This document shows, one piece after another, positions 12,581-21,196 of a DNA stretch of 32,000 nt. Within the stretch, counting starts at the first letter, position 1. Each line of letters begins with the position of its first letter. The translations under genes were made by a program, and so were the position numbers. Source of the DNA: Propionibacterium ruminifibrarum (lineage in GTDB: Bacteria > Actinomycetota > Actinomycetes > Propionibacteriales > Propionibacteriaceae); assembly GCF_900289195.1 (NCBI RefSeq), contig NZ_OMOH01000002.1, positions 151,206-183,205 of the forward strand. Reading direction: 5' to 3'. Below the pieces are notes generated by a model, which saw only the letters and a program-made list of their open reading frames with translations, did not search any database and had not been told where the DNA came from.

Positions 12581-12721
12581 GCCGCCGGATCCGGCTGAAA
12601 CTCGTCCCCGCCCGCCTCACGGACTCGCGCGGAACCCCCGCCTGGGCTAGCGTGAGGGCGGGTTCCGTGGGGAACCGGGCGGGGCGGTCTCGTTGCCCCG
12701 CGACGCGGGAGGGATGACGCG

Positions 12722-14041
12722 ATGGAGTGTCAGACGATTGGCGGAGCCGGTTGCACGGTCGGTACCGAGGCGCTCGACTCCTTCTTGTCCGAACAGCTGG
12801 CCGGGCTCGACGTGGACGGCAGGTCCGTGGCGCTGGTCATCCCGGACGACACGCGCTCGTGCCCGCTCCCCCGGCTGCTGCGCATCGTCCACCGCAACCT
12901 GGTCGGCCGCGCCCGTGAGCTGGTCTGCGTCATCGCCCTGGGAACCCACGAGTACATGAGCCGGGCCAAGATCGCCGAGTGGACGACCGGTGAGCCCGGC
13001 GCCGACCCGGCCGAGGTCTATCCGGGCATGGAGATCATCAACCACGAGTGGAAGGACCCCGGCATGCTCGTCGGGGTCGGGCGCATCAGCGGCGAGCGCA
13101 TGGCCGAGCTGAGCGACGGCCGGCTCCGCGAGGGTTCGGACGTCCTCATCAACCGCCGTGTCGTCGAGGCCGACGTGAAGCTCGTCATCGGCCCGGTCCT
13201 GCCGCACGAGGTCGTCGGCATGTCGGGCGGCAACAAGTACTTCATCCCGGGCGTGGCCCAGGAGGAGTTCATCTCCCGCACCCACTGGGTCGGCGCGCTG
13301 ATCACCAGCTCGCACATCATCGGCACCCCGACGGTCACGCCGGTGCGCGCCATGATCAACGAGGGCGCCGCCATGATCCCCGGCGAGCGCTACTGCATCG
13401 CCTTCGTCGTCCGCTCGCACACGACCGAACTGGAATCGGTCTCGATCGGCTCCCCCGAGGACGCCTGGTACGCCCAGGCGAGGATCGGTGCGCAGACCCA
13501 TGTCGAGTACGTCGACGAGCCGATGCGGACGGTGCTGAGCGTCATACCGGACCGCTACCACGACATCTGGACCGCCGCGAAGGGCTTCTACAAGCTGGAG
13601 CCCGCGGTCGCCGCCGGCGGGGAGGTCATCATCTACGCCCCCCACATCACCGAGGTGAGCCAGGTGCACGACGAGATCTACGAGATCGGCTACCACTGCC
13701 GCGACTACTTCGTGAAGCAGTGGGACCGTTTCCGGCAGCTGCCGTGGGGCGTGCTGGCGCACTCGACTCATCTGCGCGGCCTGGGGTCCTACGACCCGCT
13801 CACCGGCGTGGAGGCCGACCGGGTGCACGTCACGCTGGCCACCGGCATCCCCCGGGAGGTCTGCGAGGCGGTCAACCTCGGCTACCGCGACCCCGCGGCG
13901 ATCGACCCCGACGAGTGGGCCGGGCGGCCCGGTGTCACCGTGATCCCCGACGCCGGCGAGGTGCTCTACCGGCTGCGTTCGGGCGGGATCGACGGCGCCG
14001 ACGGCCCCTTCACCGTCACCGGCGTCCAACCGGCCGGCTGA
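12722..14041 (+). CDS. LarA-superfamily protein (nickel-pincer-nucleotide-dependent 2-hydroxyacid racemase/epimerase family); substrate unknown
   Basis: The 439-aa product starts at ATG 12722 with GGGAGGG 8 nt upstream. The LarA_N-type motifs are all present: VIPDDTR (D42/D43/R45), IALGTH76E, GPVLPH162EVVGMSGGNK172YFIPGV and SRTH188W. The spacings H162->K172 (10 residues) and K172->H188 (16 residues) are identical to His174->Lys184->His200 of L. plantarum LarA. Confidence 0.85.
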   Translation: MECQTIGGAGCTVGTEALDSFLSEQLAGLDVDGRSVALVIPDDTRSCPLPRLLRIVHRNLVGRARELVCVIALGTHEYMSRAKIAEWTTGEPGADPAEVYPGMEIINHEWKDPGMLVGVGRISGERMAELSDGRLREGSDVLINRRVVEADVKLVIGPVLPHEVVGMSGGNKYFIPGVAQEEFISRTHWVGALITSSHIIGTPTVTPVRAMINEGAAMIPGERYCIAFVVRSHTTELESVSIGSPEDAWYAQARIGAQTHVEYVDEPMRTVLSVIPDRYHDIWTAAKGFYKLEPAVAAGGEVIIYAPHITEVSQVHDEIYEIGYHCRDYFVKQWDRFRQLPWGVLAHSTHLRGLGSYDPLTGVEADRVHVTLATGIPREVCEAVNLGYRDPAAIDPDEWAGRPGVTVIPDAGEVLYRLRSGGIDGADGPFTVTGVQPAG

Positions 14042-14066
14042 CGGGCCGGACGCAGGCCGGTGGCGT

Positions 14067-15107
14067 TCAGGCCCCGGTGCGGGCCGGGCCGGTGGAGGAG
14101 CGTTCGATGAGGCGCATCGGCATGACCAGCGGCTCCATGAAGTCGGCCGGTTCGTCGTGGTGCTCGACGAGCGAGATGACGCTGCGGGCCGCCTTCTCGC
14201 CCACCAGGCCCAGGGGCGAGGCGATCGAGGTGAGGCGCGGGGTGACCAGGTCGGAGGCGAAGATGTTGTCGAAGCCGATGACGCTGAGCCGGTCGGGGAT
14301 CCGCACGCCGGCGGCCGCCATGCCGCGCAGGACGCCGATGGCGATCAGGTCGTTGTAGGCGACGACCGCGGTGACCTTGTGCTCGTGGATCTGGGGCAGG
14401 GCCTGCTCCCCGCCCCGAACGGTCGGCATGACGGGCCCGAGTCGGCTGTCGACCATGCCCAGGGCGGAGGAGGCCTCGTGGAAGGCCCGCCAGCGGGCGC
14501 CGTCGGCCCAGGACGCCGGGGGTCCGGCGATGTAGGCGACGCGGCGGTGCCCCAGCCCCGCCAGGTGCTCCAGGGCCCTGCGCACACCGCGTTCGTAGTC
14601 GCTGACCACGCAGGGCAGGCCTGCGACGACGCGGTTGAGGACGACGGTGGGCACCTTCTTGGCGAAGCCGCGCAGCGCCGTGTCGGACAGCCGCGAACTC
14701 GCGATGATGACGCCGTCGAGGACGGGCAGGGCGCGTTCGAAGATCTCGCGTTCGTGGGAGCCCGACTCCTGGGCGTCGAAGAGCATCACGGAGTAGCCGT
14801 GCTTGGTGCAGACCTGCTCGGCGCCGCGCAGCAGCGAGAAGAAGAAGGGGTTGGTGACGTCGGACACGGCCAGGCCGATCATGTGCGTGTGCGCGGGTAC
14901 GGCCTGCTGCTGGACGCGGTCGGTGCGGTAGCCGAGCTCGGCGGCGACCTTGCGGATGTGCTCGGCGGTGCGGTTCGAGACGCGACCGGGCCGACTGAAC
15001 GTGCGGGAGACGGTGGAGGGGCTGACGCCGGCCGCCTTCGCGACGTCATAGATGGTCGTCTGCTTGGGCAGCCCGAAGGATCCCTCGTCTCTTGGCGTGT
15101 CGCTCAC
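14067..15107 (-). CDS. LacI-family transcriptional regulator
   Basis: GTG start with AAGGTG 6 nt upstream. The N-terminal HTH is TIYDVAKAAGVSPSTVSRTFSRPGRVSNRTAEHIRKVAAELGYR, followed by a periplasmic-binding-protein-like sugar-binding core. It is convergent with the larA-like gene and divergent from gnd. Confidence 0.9.
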   Translation of the reverse strand: MSDTPRDEGSFGLPKQTTIYDVAKAAGVSPSTVSRTFSRPGRVSNRTAEHIRKVAAELGYRTDRVQQQAVPAHTHMIGLAVSDVTNPFFFSLLRGAEQVCTKHGYSVMLFDAQESGSHEREIFERALPVLDGVIIASSRLSDTALRGFAKKVPTVVLNRVVAGLPCVVSDYERGVRRALEHLAGLGHRRVAYIAGPPASWADGARWRAFHEASSALGMVDSRLGPVMPTVRGGEQALPQIHEHKVTAVVAYNDLIAIGVLRGMAAAGVRIPDRLSVIGFDNIFASDLVTPRLTSIASPLGLVGEKAARSVISLVEHHDEPADFMEPLVMPMRLIERSSTGPARTGA

Positions 15108-15253
15108 GGCAGCACCTTATCGTCATTCGTCGCCTCCGGCACGCGGGCAAGACAGTGGCAACCCGGGCGCGGCGGACGCGTGCGATGGCAGGATGAGCGC
15201 GGGTATGCGCTGCCCCCGGGGCGGCGGCTCTCGCAACCACGAGGAGATCTTCA

Positions 15254-16699
15254 ATGACGGAACAGCCCGCCAAGGCGAACATCGGTGTCGTCGGCATGGC
15301 CGTGATGGGGTCGAACCTGGCCCGCAACCTCGCCCATCACGGGTACACGGTCGCCGTGTACAACCGCAGCTACAGCAAGACCCAGGCCCTCATCGAGGAC
15401 CACGGGTCGGAGGGCCACTTCATCCCGGCGAAGACCGCCGAGGAGTTCGTGCAGTCGATCCAGACCCCGCGCTCGATCATCCTGATGGTCAAGGCGGGCG
15501 GCCCGACCGACGCCACCATCGAGACCCTGCTGCCCCTGCTGTCCCCCGGTGACATCATCATGGACGGCGGCAACGCCTACTTCCGCGACACCATCCGCCG
15601 CGAGCAGGAGATCTCGGCGAAGGGCTTCCACTTCGTCGGCGCCGGCATCTCCGGCGGCGAGTACGGCGCCCTGACGGGCCCGGCCATCATGCCCGGCGGC
15701 ACCCCGGAGTCCTATCGGATCATCGGGCCGATGCTCGAGGACATCTCGGCCCACTACGAGGGCGAGCCGTGCTGCGCCTGGATGGGGCCGAACGGGGCGG
15801 GCCACTTCGTCAAGATGATCCACAACGGCATCGAGTACTCCGACATGCAGGTCATCGGCGAGGCCTACCAGCTGCTGCGCGGCGCCGGCCTGACGAACGA
15901 CGAGTGCGCCGACGTCTTCGCCCAGTGGAACACCGGCGACCTGTCCAGCTACCTCATCGAGATCACCGCCGAGGTGCTGCGCGCCAAGGACCCGCGCACC
16001 GGCAAGGACCTGGTCGAGATCATCAAGGACCGCGCCCAAATGAAGGGCACCGGCACCTGGACCGTCCAGACCGCCCTCGAGCTCGGTGTCCCCGCCAACG
16101 GCATCGCCGAGGCGGTGTTCGCCCGCGCCGAGTCCAGCCACGACGAGTTGCGCGCCGCGGGCCGGGCCGCGCTCCAGGGCCCCGACGGCACCGTCCACGT
16201 GGACGACCGCGAGGCCTTCGTCGAGGACGTCCGCAAGGCGCTGTGGTGCTCCAAGGTCGTCTCCTACTCGCAGGGCTTCGACGAGATCCGCACCGGCGGC
16301 CGCGAGTTCGGCTGGGACATCGACGTGGCCCAGGCCGCGAGCATCTGGCGCGACGGCTGCATCATCCGCGCCGCGCTGCTCGAACGGATCCGCAAGGAGT
16401 ACACGGCCGACCCCGGCCTGGTCTCGCTCATGTGCTCCACCTCGGTCGCCCCCGAGATGGCCGCCAACCAGGACGCCTGGCGCCGCGTCGTGGCCCTGGC
16501 CGCCGCCTCCGGCGTGCCCGCCCCGGTGTTCAGCGCCACCCTCGCCTACTACGACATGGCCCGCGCCCCGCGGGTGAGCGCGGCCCTCACCCAGGCCCAG
16601 CGCGACTTCTTCGGCTCGCACACCTACGAGCGCGTCGACGAGCCCGGCCACTACCACATCGAGTGGACCGCGGACCGCTCCGAGACGAAGATCGACTGA
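15254..16699 (+). CDS. gnd: 6-phosphogluconate dehydrogenase, decarboxylating
   Basis: GAGGAG SD upstream. Rossmann opening NIGVVGMAVMGSNLARNLAHHGYTVAVYNRS. Conserved blocks GGNAYFRDT, GISGGEYGA, AGHFVKMIHNGIEYSDMQ and QAQRDFFGSHTYERVD. The product is 481 aa. Confidence 0.95.
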   Translation: MTEQPAKANIGVVGMAVMGSNLARNLAHHGYTVAVYNRSYSKTQALIEDHGSEGHFIPAKTAEEFVQSIQTPRSIILMVKAGGPTDATIETLLPLLSPGDIIMDGGNAYFRDTIRREQEISAKGFHFVGAGISGGEYGALTGPAIMPGGTPESYRIIGPMLEDISAHYEGEPCCAWMGPNGAGHFVKMIHNGIEYSDMQVIGEAYQLLRGAGLTNDECADVFAQWNTGDLSSYLIEITAEVLRAKDPRTGKDLVEIIKDRAQMKGTGTWTVQTALELGVPANGIAEAVFARAESSHDELRAAGRAALQGPDGTVHVDDREAFVEDVRKALWCSKVVSYSQGFDEIRTGGREFGWDIDVAQAASIWRDGCIIRAALLERIRKEYTADPGLVSLMCSTSVAPEMAANQDAWRRVVALAAASGVPAPVFSATLAYYDMARAPRVSAALTQAQRDFFGSHTYERVDEPGHYHIEWTADRSETKID

Positions 16700-16740
16700 T
16701 CCGCGTCCCGGGACACACCGGGCAGGGATGCTGAATCCAG

Positions 16741-16790
16741 CAGGATCTGGCCGTTTCCGGGCTTTTCAGGCCTGAAACGGCCAGATCCTG
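16741..16790 (+). terminator. Perfect 17-bp stem hairpin downstream of gnd (candidate intrinsic terminator without U-tract)
   Basis: CAGGATCTGGCCGTTTC (16741-16757) and GAAACGGCCAGATCCTG (16774-16790) are exact reverse complements separated by a 16-nt loop. The hairpin starts 42 nt after the gnd stop. It is followed by TTCGGAAAAG, which is not a classical T-tract. Confidence 0.5.
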
Positions 16791-16865
16791 TTCGGAAAAG
16801 CATGCCCTCGGCGTCTGTCGCGGACCTCACCGAGCCACTGGCCCGATGTGGACGACAATGGGACC

Positions 16866-17669
16866 ATGACCAAGATCGCTCTCGCCATCGCAGGCTCCGA
16901 GGCGTCCGGCGGGGCCGGCGCCCAGACCGACCTCAAGACCTTCGCCCAGCTGGGCGTCTTCGGCGCCACGAGCCTGACGTGCATCGTCTCGTTCGACCCG
17001 GGCAACGACTGGGCCCATCGCTTCGTGCCCATCGACCCGCAGGTCATCCACGACCAGATCGAGGCCGCCGTCGCCGTTCACGGCCGCATCGACGCCGTGA
17101 AGATCGGCATGCTCGGCACGCCGACCACCATCGACGTCGTGGCGCAGGCCCTCGAGCAGTACGACTTCGAGCAGATCGTCCTCGACCCCGTCCTCATCTG
17201 CAAGGGCCAGGAGCCGGGTGCCGCGCTCGACACCGACAACGCCCTGCGCGCCAAGATCCTGCCCCACGCCACGGTGGTCACCCCGAACCTCTTCGAGACC
17301 CAGGTGCTCTCCGGCATGGACGAGATCACGACCGTCGAGCAGCTCAAGGAGGGCGCCCGCCGCATCCACGACCAGGGCGTTCCCTTCGTACTGGCGAAGG
17401 CCGGCACCCTGTTCGACACCGGCACGGCACTCGACGTCTTCTACGACGGCACCACGATGGAGGTGCTCGAGGTGCCGGCCATCGGCAGCGAGCGGGTCTC
17501 CGGCGCCGGCTGCACCCTGGCGGCCGCCGTCACAGCCGAGATCGCCAAGGGCGCCGCCCCGCTCGAGGCGGCCCGCACCGCCAAGCAGGTCGTCGTCTCG
17601 GCGATCGAGCACCGCATGCACGGCAACGCCCCCTTCGACTGCGTCTACCAGGGCTGCTACGGCCGCTGA
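16866..17669 (+). CDS. pdxK: Pyridoxal/pyridoxine/pyridoxamine kinase of the ThiD family (B. subtilis PdxK type)
   Basis: [65 protein letters not shown] parallels remembered B. subtilis PdxK ([22 protein letters not shown]...ALTVIVAMDPNNSWNHQVFPIDTDTIRAQL). TPNLFE and GAGCT motifs are present. The ATG at 16848 is an alternative start. Confidence 0.8.
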   Translation: MTKIALAIAGSEASGGAGAQTDLKTFAQLGVFGATSLTCIVSFDPGNDWAHRFVPIDPQVIHDQIEAAVAVHGRIDAVKIGMLGTPTTIDVVAQALEQYDFEQIVLDPVLICKGQEPGAALDTDNALRAKILPHATVVTPNLFETQVLSGMDEITTVEQLKEGARRIHDQGVPFVLAKAGTLFDTGTALDVFYDGTTMEVLEVPAIGSERVSGAGCTLAAAVTAEIAKGAAPLEAARTAKQVVVSAIEHRMHGNAPFDCVYQGCYGR

Positions 17670-17680
17670 CCCGGCAACGA

Positions 17681-17730
17681 GTTCGTCCTGCGGTTCTCGT
17701 GAAATGACGCACGAGAACCGCAGGACGAAC
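17681..17730 (+). repeat. Hairpin repeat copy 1 (21-bp perfect stem, loop AAATGACG) between convergent pdxK and the thioesterase gene
   Basis: GTTCGTCCTGCGGTTCTCGTG (17681-17701), loop AAATGACG (17702-17709), CACGAGAACCGCAGGACGAAC (17710-17730). The 38-nt core CCTGCGGTTCTCGTGAAATGACGCACGAGAACCGCAGG recurs, inverted, at 24192-24229. Confidence 0.7.
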
Positions 17731-17762
17731 AGGGTTCGGAGCGGGACGCGCCCTGATCTTAC

Positions 17763-18635
17763 TCAGTCGGTGACGAGACGGGCGCGCATGGCAGCCACGG
17801 TGCTGTCGGACAGCGGTGACGGACGGCCGTCGTCGCCGGTGTGGACGAGCACGGTGCGCGAGCGGGTGAGCACCGGGGCGTCCGGGGCCTGCTGGTCGCA
17901 GATCTCGCAGCCGAGCGTCACCGACGTGGTCCCCACGTGCAGCGGGGCCGTGTAGCCGATGTACGGCTCGGGGCGCCACTGCATCTGCTCGACGTAGTCG
18001 ATCTCCTGGCGGGCCACCACCCAGTTGCCCGCCGAGGCGCCCCGGCCCATGCCGGCACGGGCCATCGACGGGTCGATCGCGGTGGTCGCCTCGATGCGGG
18101 CCTGCTGGATCCAGTCGATGGTGCGCACATTGTTGACGTGGCCGTACCGGTCCTGATCGCTCCAGCGCGCGAAGAGCCTGGTCGGCTCGCCGCGCCCGCG
18201 CAGCCGGGCCTTGGGCAGCGGGCGCCAGCGCGCCTCGCCCTCGATGGCGATGTCGGTGAGGGCCCTGCGCTCGTCGGCGGTGAGCGGGCGCAACCGCTGG
18301 GCCTCGAAGTCGAAGGGGCACATCGCGGTGCGGACCCGGCCACGCAACTGCCCCTCGTGCCAGATGCGATAGCCCATGATGAAGCGGGCCGCTCGCACCT
18401 CGACGGTGCCGAACTCCACGGTGAGCGGCTCATCGGAGTAGAGCATCGACCTGAGGTACTCGACCTGCTGGCTGACCATGACGCAGCCGTCGACGAGCAG
18501 CTGGGGGGCCCTCGAGTCCATCATGAAACGGGCCCGGGCCTCCTGGGTGAAGTCGATCGTCATCACGTTGTTGATGTGGCCCTGCGGGTCGAGGTCGGAC
18601 CAGCGCAACGGAATGTCGACGGTGAAGAAGGCCAT
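17763..18635 (-). CDS. Tandem hotdog-fold acyl-CoA thioesterase (4HBT/YbgC-like, double domain)
   Basis: An internal duplication is visible: PLRWSDLDPQGHINNVMTIDFTQEARARF (N-terminal half) versus FARWSDQDRYGHVNNVRTIDWIQQARIEA (C-terminal half). Each copy carries the D-x-x-G-H-V/I-x-N signature of 4HBT-type thioesterases. The ATG lies 4 nt after the fadD-like stop. Confidence 0.8.
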   Translation of the reverse strand: MAFFTVDIPLRWSDLDPQGHINNVMTIDFTQEARARFMMDSRAPQLLVDGCVMVSQQVEYLRSMLYSDEPLTVEFGTVEVRAARFIMGYRIWHEGQLRGRVRTAMCPFDFEAQRLRPLTADERRALTDIAIEGEARWRPLPKARLRGRGEPTRLFARWSDQDRYGHVNNVRTIDWIQQARIEATTAIDPSMARAGMGRGASAGNWVVARQEIDYVEQMQWRPEPYIGYTAPLHVGTTSVTLGCEICDQQAPDAPVLTRSRTVLVHTGDDGRPSPLSDSTVAAMRARLVTD

Positions 18636-18639
18636 GGTT

Positions 18640-20520
18640 TCAGGCCCCGTGGCTGTCAGTGGTGAGGTCGGAGCGGGAGTCCTGCTCGTACAGGGCGTCG
18701 ATCGTGTCGGCGTAGCGCTCCAGCACGACGTTGCGCTTGACCTTGAGACTGGGTGTCAGCTCGCCGCTGTCCTGGCTGAACTCGTGGTCGAGGATCTCGT
18801 AGCGCTTGATGGTCTCCCAACGCTCCAACCGGGCGTTGGCCCGGCGCACGAAGCGGTCGATCGAGGCCCGGATCTCGGGCAGCTGGGACAACGTGGCGTA
18901 GTCATCGCCGCCGTGGCCGTGATTCTTGCCCCATCTGAGCAGGTCGGCGCGGTCCATGGTGAGCAGCGCAACGGCGTACGGCCGCCCCTCGGCGCTCACG
19001 ACGGCCTGGTTGATGTACGGCACATTGGCCAGCAGCGTCGACTCGACCTTCTGCGGGGCGACGTACTTGCCGTTCGAGGTCTTCATGAGGTCCTTCTTGC
19101 GGTCGGTGATCCGCAGGTAGCCGTCCTCGTCGAACTGGCCGATGTCGCCGGTGTGGAACCAGCCGTCGGTGAAGGCCTTGGCGGTCTCCTCGGGCATGTT
19201 GTGGTAGCCGGTGGCGATCGTCGGGCCGCGCAGCAGCAGTTCGCCGTCCTCGGCCAGCTTGTGCTCGATGCCGAGGGTGACCGGGCCGACGGAGCCGAAC
19301 CTGGGCTTGTTGGGGACGTTCACGGCCGCGATGGCAGCGGTCTCGGTGGCGCCGTAGCCCTCGATGACGGTGATGCCCGCCGAGTAGAACCACTCCTGCA
19401 CCTGAGCCGACAGCTTGGCAGAACCCGAGATCATGAAGCGGATCCGGCCGCCGAGAGTCTGCTTGAGCCTGCCGAACACCAGCCGGTCGGCGAGCGCGTA
19501 GCGGGTGCGGACCGGCCAGGGCAGCTTCTGACCGGACAGACGGTAGCTCCGCGACTCTCGTCCGACGGCGAAGGCCCAGCGCGCGACACGGCCCTTGAGG
19601 CCCTTGGACGGGTTCATCGTCATGACGGTGGCGCGGATCTTCTCGTAGATGCGCGGAACACCCACCTGGATGGTCGGGCCGGTCTCGCCCATGCCCTCGA
19701 CGATCCGGTCGATGCGCCCGTCGACCACCATGCGGAAGCCGATGGCGAGCTGGGCGGCGACGAGGTCACGGCCGAAGACGTGCGACAGCGGCAGCCACAG
19801 GTACAGCGAGTCGTTCTCGTCGACGACACCGTCCCACATGAGGCGCATGGAATGCCCCTCGTAGGTCCAGCAGCGGTGCGGCAGCTCGACGCCCTTGGGA
19901 CGGCCCGTGGTGCCGGACGTGTAGATGAGGGTCGACAGCGTCTCCGGACCCATCAGGGCCAGACGCTCGTCGAGCACGCCCGGGTTGGCGGCCAGGTGCC
20001 CCCGGCCCAGTTCGTGCAGCTGCTCCCAGGTGACGAGACGGTCGTCGACGTACCCGGCGGGACGGTCGTCGTCCATGAGGACGATGTGACGGATCTGCTC
20101 GTCGAGTTCGGACAACCCGATGACCTTCTGCGCCTGGATCCAGTTCTCGGCCACGACCATGACCGACTCGGAGTCGCGCAGGATGAACAGCTCGTCATCG
20201 GGCTTGGTGTTGGGGTAGACGGTCGTCGTGGCGCCCCCGGCGCAGGCGACGGCCAGGTCGGCGAGAATCCACTCGATGCGGGTCATCGCCGCGATGGCCA
20301 CGCGTTCCTCACCGCCCAATCCGAGCGCGACGAAGCCGGCGGCGAGTTCGTCGACCTCGCGTTCGGCCTGGTTCCAGGTGATGTCGACCCACTGCTCGGG
20401 TTCGGTGTAGAGGGGCACCTGGTAGGCCACGGCGTCGGGGGCGACGGCTGCGCGGGCCCTGAACATCGCCGGGTAGCTGGGCTCGCACTCGGCGAGGATC
20501 CGTTCGCGAACGTCCGCCAT
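18640..20520 (-). CDS. Long-chain fatty-acid--CoA ligase (AMP-forming, FadD type)
   Basis: AMP-binding motif LIYTSGTTGRPKGVELPH, plus EGYGATET, GWFHTGDIG and ITDRKKDLMKTSNGKYVAPQ. Start is ATG 20520 (MADVRERI...) with GGAAGG upstream. The track start at 20535 adds 5 residues. Confidence 0.9.
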   Translation of the reverse strand: MADVRERILAECEPSYPAMFRARAAVAPDAVAYQVPLYTEPEQWVDITWNQAEREVDELAAGFVALGLGGEERVAIAAMTRIEWILADLAVACAGGATTTVYPNTKPDDELFILRDSESVMVVAENWIQAQKVIGLSELDEQIRHIVLMDDDRPAGYVDDRLVTWEQLHELGRGHLAANPGVLDERLALMGPETLSTLIYTSGTTGRPKGVELPHRCWTYEGHSMRLMWDGVVDENDSLYLWLPLSHVFGRDLVAAQLAIGFRMVVDGRIDRIVEGMGETGPTIQVGVPRIYEKIRATVMTMNPSKGLKGRVARWAFAVGRESRSYRLSGQKLPWPVRTRYALADRLVFGRLKQTLGGRIRFMISGSAKLSAQVQEWFYSAGITVIEGYGATETAAIAAVNVPNKPRFGSVGPVTLGIEHKLAEDGELLLRGPTIATGYHNMPEETAKAFTDGWFHTGDIGQFDEDGYLRITDRKKDLMKTSNGKYVAPQKVESTLLANVPYINQAVVSAEGRPYAVALLTMDRADLLRWGKNHGHGGDDYATLSQLPEIRASIDRFVRRANARLERWETIKRYEILDHEFSQDSGELTPSLKVKRNVVLERYADTIDALYEQDSRSDLTTDSHGA

Positions 20521-20683
20521 GAGGCCGCCTTCCATCGAGGTGAGTCCTGGGGTTCGATCCCTGCTCTCCAGACTATCGACTCCGCCGCTCGTCCTCGGAA
20601 GAATCCACGAGGACGAGCCACGGCACGTACAGACAAACTCCTCGGTGACATGTTGCAGAAAACAGCTTCATGTTTTAACCAAA

Positions 20684-20701
20684 CCTGTGAGCTCTCATAG
20701 G
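20684..20701. promoter_or_regulatory. Imperfect 8-2-8 palindrome in the locally AT-rich fadD / marR divergent region (candidate MarR operator)
   Basis: CCTGTGAG-ct-CTCATAGG matches in 7 of 8 arm positions and is flanked by TTAAC (20676-20680) and GTTAA (20704-20708). It ends at or overlaps the marR start codons (20702/20711). The 20650-20710 stretch is conspicuously AT-richer than its surroundings. Confidence 0.3.
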
Positions 20702-20710
20702 ATGTTAATC

Positions 20711-21190
20711 ATGGAAGATGTCTCCTACCCCCGCTGGCTTGACGATGAGCAGCAGGTGATCTGGCGCAGCTGCCTGGCGGGCAGCGCCTACATCCTCGCC
20801 CAGCTGGGTGTCGCCCTGCGTCAGTTCGATCTCGACATCAACGAGTACGAGATCCTCGTGAGACTCTCCGAGTCGGAGCCCCATGCGCTGCGCATGTCGA
20901 CGCTCGCCGAGAACACCTACCAGTCCCGGTCGCGGCTCACCCACACCGTCTCCAGGATGGAGAAACGCGGCCTGGTCACCCGCAGGCGCGCCCCCGAGGA
21001 CCGCCGCGGCATCATCGCCGAGCTCACCGAGGCCGGCATGGCGCTGCTGCAGGCGGCAGCACCCGTCCACGTCGAGTCGGTCCGGCAGGTGTTCATCGAC
21101 CGGGTGGACCCCGAGGACCTGAAGGCGGTCGGACGAGTCATGGCGGCCGTCCTGAGAGACCTGCCCACTGACTCCTACGCGCACTGCTGA
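20711..21190 (+). CDS. MarR-family transcriptional regulator
   Basis: Winged-HTH region: INEYEILVRLSESEPHALRMSTLAENTYQSRSRLTHTVSRMEKRGLVTRRRAPEDRRGIIAELTEAG. The start is ATG 20711 (MEDV..) or ATG 20702 (MLIMEDV..). Confidence 0.9.
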   Translation: MEDVSYPRWLDDEQQVIWRSCLAGSAYILAQLGVALRQFDLDINEYEILVRLSESEPHALRMSTLAENTYQSRSRLTHTVSRMEKRGLVTRRRAPEDRRGIIAELTEAGMALLQAAAPVHVESVRQVFIDRVDPEDLKAVGRVMAAVLRDLPTDSYAHC

Positions 21191-21196
21191 GGGGGC

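Noticed and set aside
12693-12959. Alternative-frame ORFs at the start of the larA-like gene (12693-12959 and 12727-12918)
   Set aside because: Their products are R/P/A-rich with no motifs. The 12722 frame carries the LarA_N motifs and has a proper SD.
16700-16865. Possible TPP or other riboswitch upstream of the ThiD-family kinase gene
   Set aside because: A GATCTGG fragment vaguely resembles part of the THI-box. The CTGAGA and ACCCTG core elements are absent, however. The stretch is fully explained by the perfect 17-bp gnd terminator hairpin. The gene also looks like pdxK rather than thiD.
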